From positions 142,602,001 through 142,666,000 of the forward strand of contig NC_086097.1 in NCBI RefSeq assembly GCF_963921235.1: a stretch of DNA of 64,000 nt. Direction: 5' to 3'. The notes below the pieces were generated by a model. That model did not search any database and was not told the origin of the DNA. It saw only the letters and a list, made by a program, of their open reading frames with translations. Of this stretch, positions 11,926 through 25,440 are shown piece after piece (position 1 is the stretch's first letter; every line of letters starts with the position of its first letter). This DNA is from Mobula hypostoma. Lineage: Eukaryota. Position numbers and translations under genes: made by a program.

Positions 11926-12615
11926 TAAATTATTAGGATGTACCACTTAATGAAGTACACCACATATAATGCTATATCTTCTCCTTTTGTCTTGTGAAGT
12001 ATGGTTCAATTGTGAAGTGGCAGGCAGAAGGACCCTGGGGGGAAAACTTTCAGGATCAGAAACCTCAATATAATTCTCAGTGTTGGAAATGAAGATCAGA
12101 CAGAATGGGCCCCAGCAGCTGTTAAATTCCTTCTTCCCATTGTGTTCACTGTGGGGTTTTTCAGAGTAAGGATATTGACACACGGAATTTAAAGCTGTAA
12201 ATAGCACTAAGGATCTGAGGCAGCTTCACATGAGTTGCATACCCACAGTGTCCTAGACATGTTAGAATGAACAAAGGAATTTTGTTTTGTACATGGATGT
12301 GTGTGTTACTGCAATGGCTGCCATTTTTATCCATCACTTTCAATCTTTAGAAGATGATGGTTAGCCACTTAATCAAACCATATCAGTACCTGGATTTAGT
12401 GCAGAATTTTACTGTTTAGAAGAATCCAGTCCATAGCTATTGTTTGTTTTTAAAAAAACAAGCAACAGAAGCTGCTGTAGGGCATTCAGTGCTTTGTCCC
12501 TTTGTTGACAATGTCTGATTTCTTCCCTTAGTTCTACTTTCCTCTATCAATATCATATCCCTTGCTTTACTTAATATCCAACAATGCAGTGAATATAATC
12601 AAAAACCAGGACTTA

Positions 12616-15160
12616 ACCATAGAACCATAGAAACTACAGCACAGAAACAGGCCCTTTGGCCCTTCTTGGCTGTGCCGAACCATTTTCTGCCTAGTCCCAC
12701 TGACCTGCACACGGACCATATCCCTCCATACACCTCCCATCCATGTATCTGTCCAATTTATTCTTAAATGTTAAAAAAAGAACCCCCATTTACCACCTCG
12801 TCTGGCAGCTCATTCCATACTCCCACGATTCTCTGTGTGAAGAAGCCCCCCCTAATGTTCCCTTTAAACTTTTCCCCTCTCACCCTTAACCCATGTCCTC
12901 TGGTTTTTTTCTCCCCTTGCCTCAGTGGAAAAAGCCTGCTTGCATTCACTCTATCTATACCCATCATAATTTTATATACCTCTATCAAATCTTCCCTCAT
13001 TCTTCTACGCTCCAGGGAATAAAGTCCTAACCTATTCAACCTTTCTCTGTAACTGAGTTTCTCAAGTCCCGGCAACATCCTTGTAAACCTTCTCTGCACT
13101 CTTTCAACCTTATTTATATCCTTCCTGTAATTTGGTGACCAAAACTGAACACAATACTCCAGATTCAGCCTCACCAATGCCTTATACAACCTCATCATAA
13201 CATTCCAGCTCTTATACTCAATACTTCGATTAATAAAGGCCAATGTACCAAAAGCTCTCTTTACGACCCTATCTACCTGTGACGACACTTTTACGGAATT
13301 TTGTATCTGTATTCCCAGATCCCTCTGTTCCACTGCACTCCTCAGTGCCTTATCATTAACCCTGTATGTTCTACGTTGGTTTGTCCTTCCAACGTGCAAT
13401 ACCTCACACTTGTCAGTATTAAACTCCATCTGCCATTTTTCCAGCTGGTCCAAGTCCCTCTGCAGGCTCTGAAAACCTTCCTCACTGCGTACTACACCTC
13501 CAATCTTTGTATCATCAGCAAACTTGCTGATCCAATTTACCACATTATCATCCAGATCATTGATATAGATGACAAATAACAATGGACCCAGCACTGATCC
13601 CTGTGGCACACACTAGTCACAGGCCTCCACTCAGAGAAGCAATTCCCTACCACCACTCTCTGGCTTCTTCCATCGAGCCAATGTCTAATCCAATTTACCA
13701 CCTCTCCATGTATACCTAGCGACTGAATTTTCCTAACTAACCTCCCATGCGGGACCTTGTCAAAGGCCTTACTGAAGTCCATGTAGACAATATCCACTGC
13801 CTTCCCTTCATCCACTTTCCTGGTAACCTCCTCGAAAAACTCCAACAGATGGTCAAACATGACCTAGCACGCACAAAGCCATGTTGACTCTCCCTAATAA
13901 GCCCCTGTCTATCCAAATGCTTGTAGATTCTGTCTCTTAGTACTCCCTCCAATAACTTACCTACTACTGACGTTAAACTCACCGGCCTATAATTTCCCGG
14001 ATTACTTTTCGATCCTTTTTTTAAACAACGGAACAACATGAGCCACTCTCCAATCCTCCGGCACTTCACCCGTAGACAGCGACATTTTAAGTATTTCTGC
14101 CAGGGCCCCCGCAATTTCAACACTAGTCTCCTTCAAGGTCCGAGGGAACACTCTGTCAGGTCCCGGGGATTTATCCACTTTAATTTTCCTCAAGACAGCA
14201 AGCACCTCTTCCTTTTCAATCTGTACAGTTTCCATGGTCTCACTACTTGATTCCCTCAATTCCATAGATTTCATGCCAGCTTCCTTAGTAAATACAGACG
14301 CAAAAAACCTATTTAAGATCTCCCCCATTTCCTTTGGTTCCGCACAAAGCCGACCACTCTGATTTTCAAGAGGACCAATTTTATCCCTTACAATCCTTTT
14401 GCTCTTAATATACTTGTAAAAGCCCTTTGGATTATCCTTCACTTTGACTACCAAGGCAACCTCATGTCTTCTTTTAGCCCTCCTGATTTCTTTCTTAAGT
14501 ATTTTCTTGCACTTCTTATACTCCTCAAGCACCTGATTTACTCCCTGTTTCCTATACATTTCATACAACTCCCTCTTCTTCTTTATCAGAGTTGCATTAT
14601 CCCTTGAGAACCAAGGTTCCTTATTCCTATTCAATTTGCTTTTAATCCTGACAGGAACATACAAACTCTGCACTCTCAAAATTTCCCCTTTGAAGACTTC
14701 CCACCTACCAATCACATCTTTGCCAGAGAACAACCTGTCCCAATCCACGCTTTTTAGATCCTTCCTCATTTCTTCAAATTTGGCCACCTTCCAGTTCAGA
14801 ACCTCAACCCCAGGACCAGATCTATCCTTGTCCATGATCAAATTGAAACTAATGGTGTTATGATCACTGGAACCAAGGTTCTCCCCTACACAGACTTCTG
14901 TCACTTGCCCTAATTCGTTTCCTAACAGGAGATCCAATATTGCATCCCCTCTAGTTGGTCCCTCTATATATTGATTTAGAAAACTTTCCTGAACACATTT
15001 TACAAACTCTAAACCATCTAGACCCCTAACAGTATGGGAGTCCCAATCAATGTATGGAAAATTAAAATCCCCTACCACCACAACTTTATGTTTCCCGCAG
15101 TTGCCTGCTATCTCTCTGCAGATTTGCTCTTCCAAGTCTCGTCGATTATTGGGTGGCCCT
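12616..15160 (-). mobile_element. CR1 LINE, about 2.5 kb, relatively young
   Basis: Long minus ORFs (14002-15213, 13737-14123, 13537-13860, 12764-13609) with endonuclease GDFN/SDH and [15 protein letters not shown] motifs, and an (aaccatag) tail at 12616. Confidence 0.95.
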
Positions 15161-16675
15161 CTTATGAGTATTACAAGCATCTTCACTTTCTTATTGAAGA
15201 TATTCTTTCTCATCCCAATCTACTAAATCTAGCTCTTAACTTTGAGACTGACTCCTGGTTTAGTATCACCCCTGTCTTCACTCTGGAAGAAATTTGTATC
15301 CTTCAATGAGAGTATTCTGCCAAATTTAATGTTAACAACCGTAGTCTGCTTAATCTGTCTTCATAGATCAATCTCTCTGGTAATTGTTGCATCTTTAATA
15401 CACTTCCTCTATTGCAGGTGTACCCAACCTGGGGTCCATGGACCTAGGTTAATGGTAGGGGTCCATAGCATGAAAAAGGTTGGGAAACCCTGCTCTATTG
15501 CGATGTTCTTTAAATGGGATGAACACATTATTCCAGATGTCACACCAATGTCCTACATGATTACTGTAAAAGGCTATTTACTCTTCAATCCTCCTGCAAT
15601 AAAGCCAACATACTGTTTGCCTTTTTATTGCTACAGTGTTCACATGTTTACTTTGATTGTGTAGAATGACATCCAGATCCTTTCAATAGCATAGCTTTTC
15701 ATTCTCTCACCTTTGTATTTATTCTGCAAAATGAATAATCTCTTGTTTGTCCACTTTGTATTTAATTACTTGGTGTGTCCATATTGCCGAAGGTCTCTTT
15801 GCATTATGCTCTGGCCTATAGTGCTATCTAGCTAAAGCGAGAAAACCAGCTTGCACTGTACGTACTGCATTCTCTTTCAACGACAGAAAAATTTTGTCTG
15901 CCAGTCTCAACATTAATGTAAATTTACATTTTAATTTAGACTGTGGTAAATTAAAACCCTTTGCTCTACCATCTCTATGAAAACCATTAAGTACCCTTTT
16001 TTTAATACTAACCCCATTTACCAGCATTCAGTCGATTGTCTACATTGTCTTGGCAAACTTCATTGCAACTTCTTGCTACGATCATTGCTTCTTTTCAACA
16101 GCTCGATTCTTTCCTTCCCACTCTTGAGTTCTTCTCCAGCTTTGGGAAGATGAACTTGCCCTGATTCAGGACATGTAACACTGAAGAACTCCTGGAGGCA
16201 GTTGCTTTGAATATTATTTATCCCTGTGATCCTCTCCCTTACCACAACTACTTTCTCTTTCACACCAGCCACCCCACCCCATGTCATGAGGAGTATTGTT
16301 TTTCTGGGATATTTTTAAGCCAAGGAGATCACAATTTTACTTTTCATAATTATATTCCCCATCTACTGCTCTCTCCAGTGACCCAATTCTAATGTCCTGC
16401 TTGTTCTGGATTAGAACAATACTTCCTCTGCCTCTATAGTCTTGATTTTGTTTAATATATAGAATGTTAAACACCTCATTCAGCCTTCTCTGCTGAAGAA
16501 AATAAAACATGCATTTCTTCAGCTTGTCCTCATTTAATCCTCGATCCAGATACCATTCTGTTCCCTGATGGTAATTTGGCTAAACTGGAAATAATCTAGT
16601 TTAGTCTTATTCCTACACTCTTAGCTTGTGTTCAGTTCCCTATAAAACAACATTTTCTGTCTTATTAGCCTCATT

Positions 16676-16968
16676 TTTTAAAGTTAAAGTCTGTCCCAAG
16701 CCTTGTAGCCCATCAGGCTGGTGCTTATGCCGGTTTCTGTGGCGTGAAGTGACTGAGAGTACGAGACTCCCCGCCCCAGATAGGTTGCCAGTCTATCGCG
16801 AGGTTAACCTCCAGCATTTGCTGGTACCCATTTTTAGCTGGGTGGACTGGAGTAGTGTGTGGTTAACTGTCTTGCTCAAAGACACAACATGCTGCCTTGA
16901 CTGAGACTCAAACCCACGACCTTCAGATTGTGAGCCCAACGCCCTAACCACTTGGCATCGCGCCACAC
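16676..16968 (-). mobile_element. tRNA-derived SINE
   Basis: 13-bp TSD tattagcctcatt at 16663-16675 and 16969-16981. The minus-strand head has a tRNA-like A box region (gccaagtggttagggcg) and B box (ggtttgagtc). Confidence 0.8.
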
Positions 16969-17077
16969 TATTAGCCTCATTAGGTAACTGAAAACTTTCT
17001 CCTTCTGTTCTACCGATTTTTATTGGATTAGTCAATGGAACTAAATTGTTGCTTTCATTTCCTCTTGCCTACTATAG

Positions 17078-17285
17078 ACAAAAACTCGACGCTGTTGAGG
17101 AAACCAAGGATTGGACTCGTGAAGGATGATCTCAAGTTCCTGACAACTGCTGAGCCAATGCCCACCACCATAATGGGGCCTGTCAACTTCACTGCCTATG
17201 ACACAGGGAGGGACATTATACCAGTTTACTGCTCCATCCTTGCAGCGGTTATTGTGGGACTTGTCATCTATGTTACCGTGAAATG
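17078..17285 (+). CDS. NRADD: p75NTR-like receptor NRADD/NRH1, stalk and transmembrane exon
   Basis: ag|ACAAA...AAATG|gt, phase 1 to 2. Encodes DIIPVYCSILAAVIVGLVIYVTVK, the p75NTR-family TM segment with the conserved Cys and AxxxG. Confidence 0.9.
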
Positions 17286-18035
17286 GTGAATATCACATCC
17301 CCAGGAACTTCAAGTGAAGAATTTTCAAAAAAACTGTGCTCTTTGCATTTGGCTATTGTTTTATTTCTGCCTTCTCCCAACAAGAGGCAAAATGTACAAA
17401 TGTCAAATAGTCAGAAAGCCCCAAGTTAGATGAGATTAGACCATGTATACCATGAGATTGTCATGTATACCTGTTTGCATGAAGCTTAAACAGTTTACCT
17501 GTTAATATAAAGACACCAGCGTGAAAATAGCAGAAAGGTGAAGTACAGCAGGTTTGACTGCTGGGACCTGGGGTTGTCTAGTTTCACCCCTTTGGGTGGG
17601 AGGGGGGAAAACAGGAATGAGAAGGGGTAGGGAGTGAGAGAGAGGAAAAGGGGAGGGGTGGAGAGGAATGGCATGGGAGAAAAGTGATTAAGGGAAAAGT
17701 GGAAAGGAAAAGAAAATAAAGGAGTGAAGAATGAGAAAAGAAAAAGTAATAAGGGGAAGAACAAAGATGGGGGAGGCAGGAAGCAGAAGGGGATGATGGA
17801 GGAAAAGTTTTTAACTGAATGCTGTTTGATGACCTTAGATTTGTTTTGGCAGACTGATTAGTCTAATTGTTGGTGTTCACCTTGTTCCCTGCTGCCCCAG
17901 ATGCCCTCCCTTCATTAACTACATCCCCTCTCTCCACAATAATAGGCTACTCCACATTTGGAAAATGTACTGCACTCTTGTTACCCCTCTCTCGTTGTCC
18001 TTGCACTTAATATTCTTCCTCCTTGCTCCCTGCAG

Positions 18036-18178
18036 CTGGAACACATGCAAGCAGAAGCAGCAGCTGGCCAAGGCACGGGCTGGTGAGCTCGACGGAGGAG
18101 GTGAAGGTGAGAAGCTGCACAGTGACAGTGGAGTGTTTGTTGACACACACAGTCTCTATGAACCACAACTCAGCAAAG
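18036..18178 (+). CDS. NRADD: NRADD/NRH1 juxtamembrane exon
   Basis: cag|C...AAAG|gtatg, phase 2 to 1. Encodes WNTCKQKQQLAKARAGEL...EGEKLHSDSGVFVD, containing the family KLHSDSG motif. Confidence 0.92.
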
Positions 18179-18591
18179 GTATGCCGGCATTGGCAGGAAC
18201 CAGCAATTTGTTTCACGGGTTCCAACAATAGGTGCATGGGAATGCCTTGGGTATTGACTTGTTTAGTCTGAATGCCATTCAGTGGTGGAGACACTGCTAG
18301 CAGGCACGATAATGTTGCTAACTAAACTTTAAGTTGTTGGGGAAGATTATCTTCATTTACTGGTGACATAATCTCCTTCCTACCTTTGGCATATCACACT
18401 TCAGATCCATGGTTAAATCCTCATGATACCTCAGGTCTGCAAGCCCTTCATCCATTATACATTGTGCAATATAGGTTGTTCTCACCGGTCAGCACCTGAG
18501 CCCCTTGATCCTCTGGCTCATTCCAGGGTATCCATTCTCTTGATAATTTCTGCAGTTTGTTCCAGTGTTGACAGCTCTCTCTTTTCTTCAG

Positions 18592-18899
18592 TTGTTCATG
18601 CAGACCCAGCCCTTTACAGTAAGCTTCCACCACAGAAACGGGAGGAGATTGAGCAACTACTTGATGGCCCGGGAGCCAACCGAGCTGACTGGCGCAACCT
18701 GGCACATCTCCTAGGCTACGATGAGGAACGTGTGGCCACTATTGGCCGAGGGGAGGATCCGGCTCACACGCTGCTGTCTGATTGGTCAATGAGGGCTGAT
18801 GCCAACTTGGATGTGCTTTGTAAGGCTCTGGGAAGGATGGACAGGAACGACATCATAGAACGCCTAAAATCAGAGCCAGCTGTGACTTCTGTAGTGTGA
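18592..18899 (+). CDS. NRADD: NRADD/NRH1 death-domain exon (last coding exon)
   Basis: Acceptor ctctctcttttcttcag. Encodes LYSKLPPQKREEIEQLL...DWRNLAHLLGY...PAHTLLSDW...DRNDIIERL and ends in a PDZ-binding-like TSVV*. Confidence 0.93.
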
Positions 18900-21690
18900 A
18901 GGAGAAGCCACTACCCATTGTTAGAGACTGAGTGGGTCACCCTAATTCAAAAGTCCATCTTGTTCTTGCAAATTTATTTAAAAGTAAACCCCCTGGTTGT
19001 AGCTTGGACATGAGGCAATCCATTAATTGTATAAACTGGAAATCTTATCAGTAGCCATTTGTTTATACCTGACAACTTAGCATGAAATTTGTGGGGAAAT
19101 TTCATTTCTGTTGATTTTGAGCATCATGCATCCTGCACTCTGTTCCTCAGGCTGTGTGCCCTGCTCAGCCTCATTTGGAGTTTTTTAAATATCTGCTCAA
19201 TTCCTCCTCTTGTACCAATTCCCATTTGTAGATTCCTTGAACTCTCACCCTGCAAAGCCTCATGAAAGTGCCTTCACTTGTCTGGAGCAGCAAGTTTTGG
19301 GAACTTTTTGGAGAGGCAACATGGCCAAGCCAGTCTTCTCTGCTCCTGATCTGACAAGGTGGGACAGACTCTTCCTGTCAGCTGAGGGAAAGGGAGGAAG
19401 AAGCTGAATCACAGTACACTATTCAGGTTTGGGATTCCTCCACATTAAATTAAATCTAACAAGTTAATATGGTTCTCTGGATTCTGCAGGTAATACCCAA
19501 CTTGTCAAAGGATGAGTTTAGGACCATTCTCCTTGATGGTGGTATTCCATATTCATAAATCACATTGTATGGAACAAGAGTTAGACACTCAAAATGACAA
19601 CAACCTTTTGTGACTCCCTACAAAATGGTTTCCTTCAAATGGAAGTCAACACTGGTGCATTAACCCACTAAGGTTAAGGAAGGGGAAAATGGAGTCGGAG
19701 ATATCTTCACTGTGGACTGTCTGGTGAACTATTAGAGTATGCATTAATTGGGTATAGAGAGGCTTAGAAACTGTTTTGTAGCATTTTCTTGACCCGGGGA
19801 TTTTTGGGTGGGGGAGGAGGGAGGGGTTTAACCGAGCACTGTTTGTGGAAGTTACATAGTGCAGACTTCAGATATGAGGTTCCACAAAGTTTTTTGCTAG
19901 ATGTATAAAGCTGCACTAAAAATGATAGTATCAGCACAACATTCTCTGTTAACGTGCAAGAAGTTCTTGCAGTTGTTGCAAGTAGCCAGCATGTGCAATT
20001 TTTTGCAGTCTCTGAATGCCGGAACTTCTGAGGGGAGCCTGTGCCCAGTCTGTCTGCTCTGGTGAGCTACAGGAAATGTAGATCAAGTCTTACTCAGTTT
20101 GGAATTTGAGTGTTCTAATTTAGTAATGAGCAGCGATGTGGCAGATATCTTCACAAATAGAAGCTAGGAATGATCCTGGGAAGCTGAGAATGACTGTGAC
20201 TCTAAATATCATGGGCATGGGGTTGTATAAGGTCAAATATCTTGCAGTCTTTACCCCTTTTAAATATCATTTTAGTGGAAATGGGATTAGAAAAACAAAG
20301 CAAAACACAAACCGCTGAGGAACTGGTGAGTAGGCAGCTGAATAGAAATGGACAGCTCATGTTTCTGGTTAAGACCCCTCCTCTAGTACCAATCTGGCTG
20401 ATCTGTGGATAGATTAGACATGCTAGGTTGGAAATCACACTGCAGATGAATGTGCTGCCCTACCATTTTTGTCATTTGGTGGAGTTTTAGCCAGCTAAGA
20501 AATGCTAGGGAGAAGAATCAAAACTTCAATGAGAAATGAGATGAATTTCCTGATGTGGACCAAGGCACCCAGAAAATGCCAACCTAGTTTTCTGCAGCGC
20601 AGTAGTTTTTTATTTTGCAGTCATGTGAGTCAATCTAAAGCCTGAGTAATTTGAGAGAGGGTATTATTAGTTGTCACCCCTACATTGTAATCCCATAAGA
20701 TGCTCTAAGTCATGAAAGGCAGTGTGAGAGAGAAGTGGAGGAGTGGGGAGAGTTGGTCTGTGTGAGAAAATGTTCCTAGAGAAAACAGGCAGCAGTATCA
20801 TGAGAAATGGATTAATGTGTTATTCTTAAAAATCCAACTTATTTGGCCGAAACCCACCTTTGCATATTCACTTCAGAGTTCAAAATGAAATCTCATATTG
20901 TAAACAGATGCAAGTTTTCAGAGTCCATGTGAAATGAGTTCAAATCTATCTTGGAATCTAGTTCCCAATGGAAGGAACGTAGATTTAATCAACTGGGATG
21001 ACGTGTAAAACAGAATACACAAATGCAGAAGTTTCCAAGAGAATCTGGTATAAATGTTGCCTGATTCCCAAAGACAACTGTGTGTGAAACCCCAAATGTA
21101 GCTTGATCAATGGTGGATCTGTGGTTAATGCTCAGCCCATTGGAGATTATGGGGAGGCATGCCTGTACTAAAGATAATTTCAGAGGAGATTGTAACTTTG
21201 CTCAGCCTAATCATTGCTAATGCTGTCCCTTTTGTCCTCTCACAAACTACAGCGTGCTGAGTATTGAAACCTTCACCTAGATTCATACACTGTTCAGTCA
21301 ATCCAAATAGTCAGATCTATCAAAATGATCCCTTATTAATTAAAACAGTTGTTGTATTGAATAAAATGGCAGCTAATGCCCAATAATGAAGTATTTACTA
21401 ATTATTTGTCATTTTTTGAGGCAATTTGTTAGCATTATTTGTATTGTTTATATTTTTAATATTAAATACTGGACATAGGTAGAAAAGGCACAGCCTTGGA
21501 GAAGGAAGCTTTTAACTCACTTTTTTAATGGAACTTGTACAATAAAGAAATGAACAGTGGGTTTTTTGGCTCTTGTTTCAAATCGTCTCAATGTGATATT
21601 GTACTGTAACTGTGTCAGTGCCTTATGAATAAATTCATATCCTAAATAATCAATTTTACATTATGGCAAATAAACATTTGGAAAAAAAAA
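18900..21690 (+). promoter_or_regulatory. Probable long NRADD 3' UTR with clustered poly(A) signals
   Basis: About 2.8 kb with no recognisable transposon after the stop codon. AATAAA occurs at 21360, 21541, 21628 and 21669. Confidence 0.6.
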
Positions 21691-21737
21691 TCATATCCCA
21701 TCTTCTCTCGTCATTGTCTTGTGGTACCCTAAGATGT

Positions 21738-21940
21738 TCAGTAATGTGATGTTCCAATTATTTCCTTATTCTGCAAGCACAAACATTCCTCTTCCCAGTT
21801 GCCAGACTCATTGGAGTTGATGAGTTTTCATAAAGCCAGTTCAAGTATGGATGGACTGTGGGCTTCCGTCCATGATAATTCATTCATTAAGGAGTATCAG
21901 AATCTGTTGGTCTCAAGTAGGACAACTGGGTTGCTGGTGT
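21738..21940 (-). pseudogene. Decayed unknown gene, putative last exon
   Basis: Acceptor ctactttacattcattacag, phase 1. Reads DTSNPVVLLETNRF*YSLMNELSWTEAHSPSILELAL*KLINSNESGNWEEE...SHY*. Confidence 0.45.
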
Positions 21941-22289
21941 CTGTAATGAATGTAAAGTAGCCCCTTAATTTAATTCTTTCCTGCTGAGGTTTCACTGCAA
22001 GTGCTGCTGCTCTGCTTGTCCCCATTCAGCATTAGCAGAGAAGGAAAGATGTTTTTAATTGAGATCAAAGTGATTGAAGGAGAATGTGATACTCAGGGTA
22101 AAAAGAACTTCAACTAGTTCAGATTTGCAGAGGTCAAAGGTGAAAGACTGCACCCGCACAACTGGCATTGATAGTTGCTGTGTATGGAATCTATATACTA
22201 CCAAAACTCTCGTGCTCTGTTTGTCTGTTTGTGACCTCCAATTAGTGCAAACGGTGCATTACAGCAGCACTTTTTTTGGCTACATCAAA

Positions 22290-23325
22290 TTAAAATGCGC
22301 TAGCTTACAAAATGCAGGCAAAGTTCAGGGTTATACATGTGTATAAAATCGTCCATTCGCAAAAATCAGCAGGCTCCCTTTTAACCCGAGAGCCGATCTG
22401 CCATCGTGGAAAGCGGGACGTGACAGCCCGATGCATGCGAATGGCCAGCCTCAGCAGCGACACCTACCGCAGCAAAAGGGCAGGGCAGCTCTATTTCGAG
22501 GGGTCACATTCTGCTAATCATCATCAGCATGTGCAGGATTGGGACAGATCAAACTGCCACCCATCAATAAGAGATAATCAAATCTTATTGTAATGACGTA
22601 CTTCATGACACCCATAAAACCCTTTGCTGCAGTCAGAGGACAGTGGTGACTATATCACGTCCATTTAGAAGCGCTCCAACCACATCATCAAGAATAATCA
22701 GCATCCTTTGGTGTTAGTGCTTCGTATCTTCTATCTAGCATTTGGGTAAAAAAAAAGGTCAGCCTAATTATGCCGCCTGGAAAGGGAAGGGGGATATTAT
22801 GGTCAAGAGATGACGCCAAATGTCGTTGGTAAGTGGCAAGGAGAGGGAGAGGACAAGAATCAGACGAGGCCAGGGCTGCGTGACTCCAGGATCAAAGAGG
22901 ACAAAAAAAGATGAGAGAAAAGAGACAGAGGAGGAGAGGCATTCATGTCTCCAGGATCAGAGACAAAGAACAAACAGCAGAAGAGATGAAGTGATGGGGT
23001 TGAAAGGACTGCATGTCTCTAGAATGACAAAAACAGGCACAGAAGGAGGAGAGAGGAAGAGACAAAAGAGCTGAGAAATGCACGACTCCAGGATCAGAGA
23101 CAAAGAACAAACAGCAGAAGAGATGAAGTGATGGGGGATGAAAGGACCGCATGTCTCCAGAATGATAACAAGAGCAACAAGGGTGGCAGATAAACCAGAA
23201 ATGATGCCATTAAAAATGTCCTTCGTTAAATGAGGAACAGCTATATTTGCTTTGCTATGCATCTTCTTTAATAAACTTTGATTTTCTACTTCAGTTTCCA
23301 AAGCAAAGCAATACTAATAGCATTC
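22290..23325 (+). mobile_element. Possible decayed Gypsy-like LTR retrotransposon 3' end (integrase tail, PPT, LTR)
   Basis: KMQAKFR resembles the GPY/F region. Purine tract aaagggaaggggga at 22781 is followed by tattatgg (a TGTTATG-like LTR start), internal ~75-bp direct repeats, and AATAAA near 23270. Confidence 0.35.
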
Positions 23326-23368
23326 AGGAAAATTTAATGTTCATTCTGGTCACATCAGACTGCACTAC

Positions 23369-23457
23369 CCTTCTCTCAAAGGGTGCCCCAATGGATCACC
23401 CCGTTGTCTAGTATATTTATATTGACAGGTTTCGAAGGGTGAAAGCGTACGAGAGAC
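23369..23457 (-). pseudogene. Decayed unknown gene, exon
   Basis: attcattcactcag acceptor, phase 2 to 1, weak donor gtagtg. Reads SLVRFHPSKPVNINILDNGVIHWGTL*EK. Confidence 0.45.
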
Positions 23458-24189
23458 CTGAGTGAATGAATATCTCAGAATTCCCCTCTTCATTTTATTT
23501 CACCAAGAAGGTACTGATTGTTTTCCAAAGCTTCAACCTTCTGACCAGTTTATCTTTGAATGTAGTAAATGTATCACACAGATTTTTAAAGGAAAACAAT
23601 TAATGTGTCAGTACAGAGGCGTCACATCTCATTAGGAGAATGCTGTGAAGATGTTACATAAGAACATAGGAGCACTTGGCCCCCTCAAGTCTGCTCTCCC
23701 TTTCATGGCTGATCAGTCCCAGACCTTCTGTGCCAGTACTACAAAGCCCTCAAAAAATTATCTACTTTCTCTTCAATGAACTTGCCTTCACAACCCTCTG
23801 AACAAAGAATTCTGGGGATTTGACACTGTGTTCTAAATGACCACCTCCTAATCTTGCAAGTATGAGTTTGAGATTCTTCCACTAGTGGAAATATCTCAAC
23901 ATCTATGCTAAGATCTTACAATAAGATCACCCCTCATTTTTCCCAATGTCCAAAATAACGTGAATCGATTTTCATTAGCAGCTCGTGATAGAAACATCCT
24001 TTCATTCCAGGAATTAGGCTAATGAGTCTCTTGGCAAATATATCCTTTTTTAAACAAAGAAACATCCTGTACTGGTGTTCTCCCACATTCCAAAGATGTA
24101 CACGCTAGTAGGTTAATCAGTGACATAGGTGTTAATGGGACAGTTACCGTGCTGTACCTCTAAGCATAGTAAAAAAAATTGTAAAAAAA

Positions 24190-25440
24190 GTAGCCTATGT
24201 CCAAACACCTAGACCAGTATCATCCCAGTACCTAATAAAAACAAGATGGCAGGCCATAATAAGTACCACCCAGTGGCTCTGACAACCATCATGGAGAGCA
24301 TCAAAAGACTGGTCATGGCATGCATTAACTTAGGGCTTCCAGACAATCTTGATCCACTGTAATTCAGCTACTGCTGAAAGGAGTCTACAGTGGGTGCCAT
24401 CTCCCTGGCCCTTCACTAAACTCTGGATCATTTCGGCAGTAAAGAGAGCGACATAAAATCATTGTTTATTGACTATAGTGCCACCTTCACTACGATAATT
24501 CCAACCAATCTCTGGACCTTGGGAGTCATCACGTCCCTTTGCAACTGAACTTCCTGACTAACAGACCATAATCAGTAAGGATGCCACTATTATTATGAAC
24601 ACTGGTGCTCTTCAGCCCCTTTCTCTGCTCCCTATACATTCATGACTGCATGGGCCAGACTCTGCTTTAACTCCATCTACAAGTTTGTGGAGTTCCCTCA
24701 AAGTCTGCAAAGTAAAAGAGTGGTCATTGACTTCAGGAAGGTGGTGGTGGGGGCACAGTGCACGTGCTACTTCTACATACACAATTATGAGGTTGAGAAC
24801 GTCAAGTTCTGAGGAATGGACATCACCAATAGCCTGTCCAGATCCACAGCAAGAAGGCACGCAGATGCCTCTACTTAATCAGAAACCTAAAGAAATCTAG
24901 CATATCCGAATTGACACTTACCAAGTTTTATTGATGTACTATAGATGAATCACAGCTTGGTATGGCAATGGTTCTGTCCATGATCACAAGGAATTGCAGA
25001 GCTGTGGATATAGTTCAGCACTTTACAAAAGCTGGTCTCTCCCTCCATGGATTCGGTCTATACTTCACCCTAGCTTAGTAAAACACCAAGCATAATCAAC
25101 GACCTTACCCACCCTGGACATTTTCTCTTCTCCCCTTTTCCATCTGGCAGATAATACAAAAGCCTAAACTCACATACCAGCCGGTTTAAAAACAGCTACC
25201 ACCCAATTGTTATAACACTATTAAATGATTCCCTAGTATGTTAAGGTGAACTCATGACTTCACCATCTATCTTGCCCACACTGCACTTTCTCTGTAGCTA
25301 TTAGTTTATTCTGAATTCTGTAATTGTTTTACCTTGTTCTACCTCAATGCACTATGTAATGATTAGATCTGTATGAGCAGTTTGCAAGATGAGCATTTCA
25401 CTGTATAGTGACAACAATAAAGCAGTTCAGATTCTAACTC
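24190..25440 (+). mobile_element. Highly decayed Rex1-type LINE
   Basis: Remnants of RT motifs (PVALTTIIM, FIDYSATF, SIYKF, KEWSLTSGR frame) and a 3' end with aataaa and a (ttcagattct) tail. Confidence 0.7.

Noticed and set aside
16880..16968. tRNA genes here and at 28477-28550
   Set aside because: The tRNA-like heads continue into SINE bodies with tails (and a TSD at the first site), and no complete cloverleaf is present.
18423..18591. N-terminal extension of the 158-aa ORF as coding sequence
   Set aside because: It is intron read-through. The acceptor at 18590-18591 defines the death-domain exon start.
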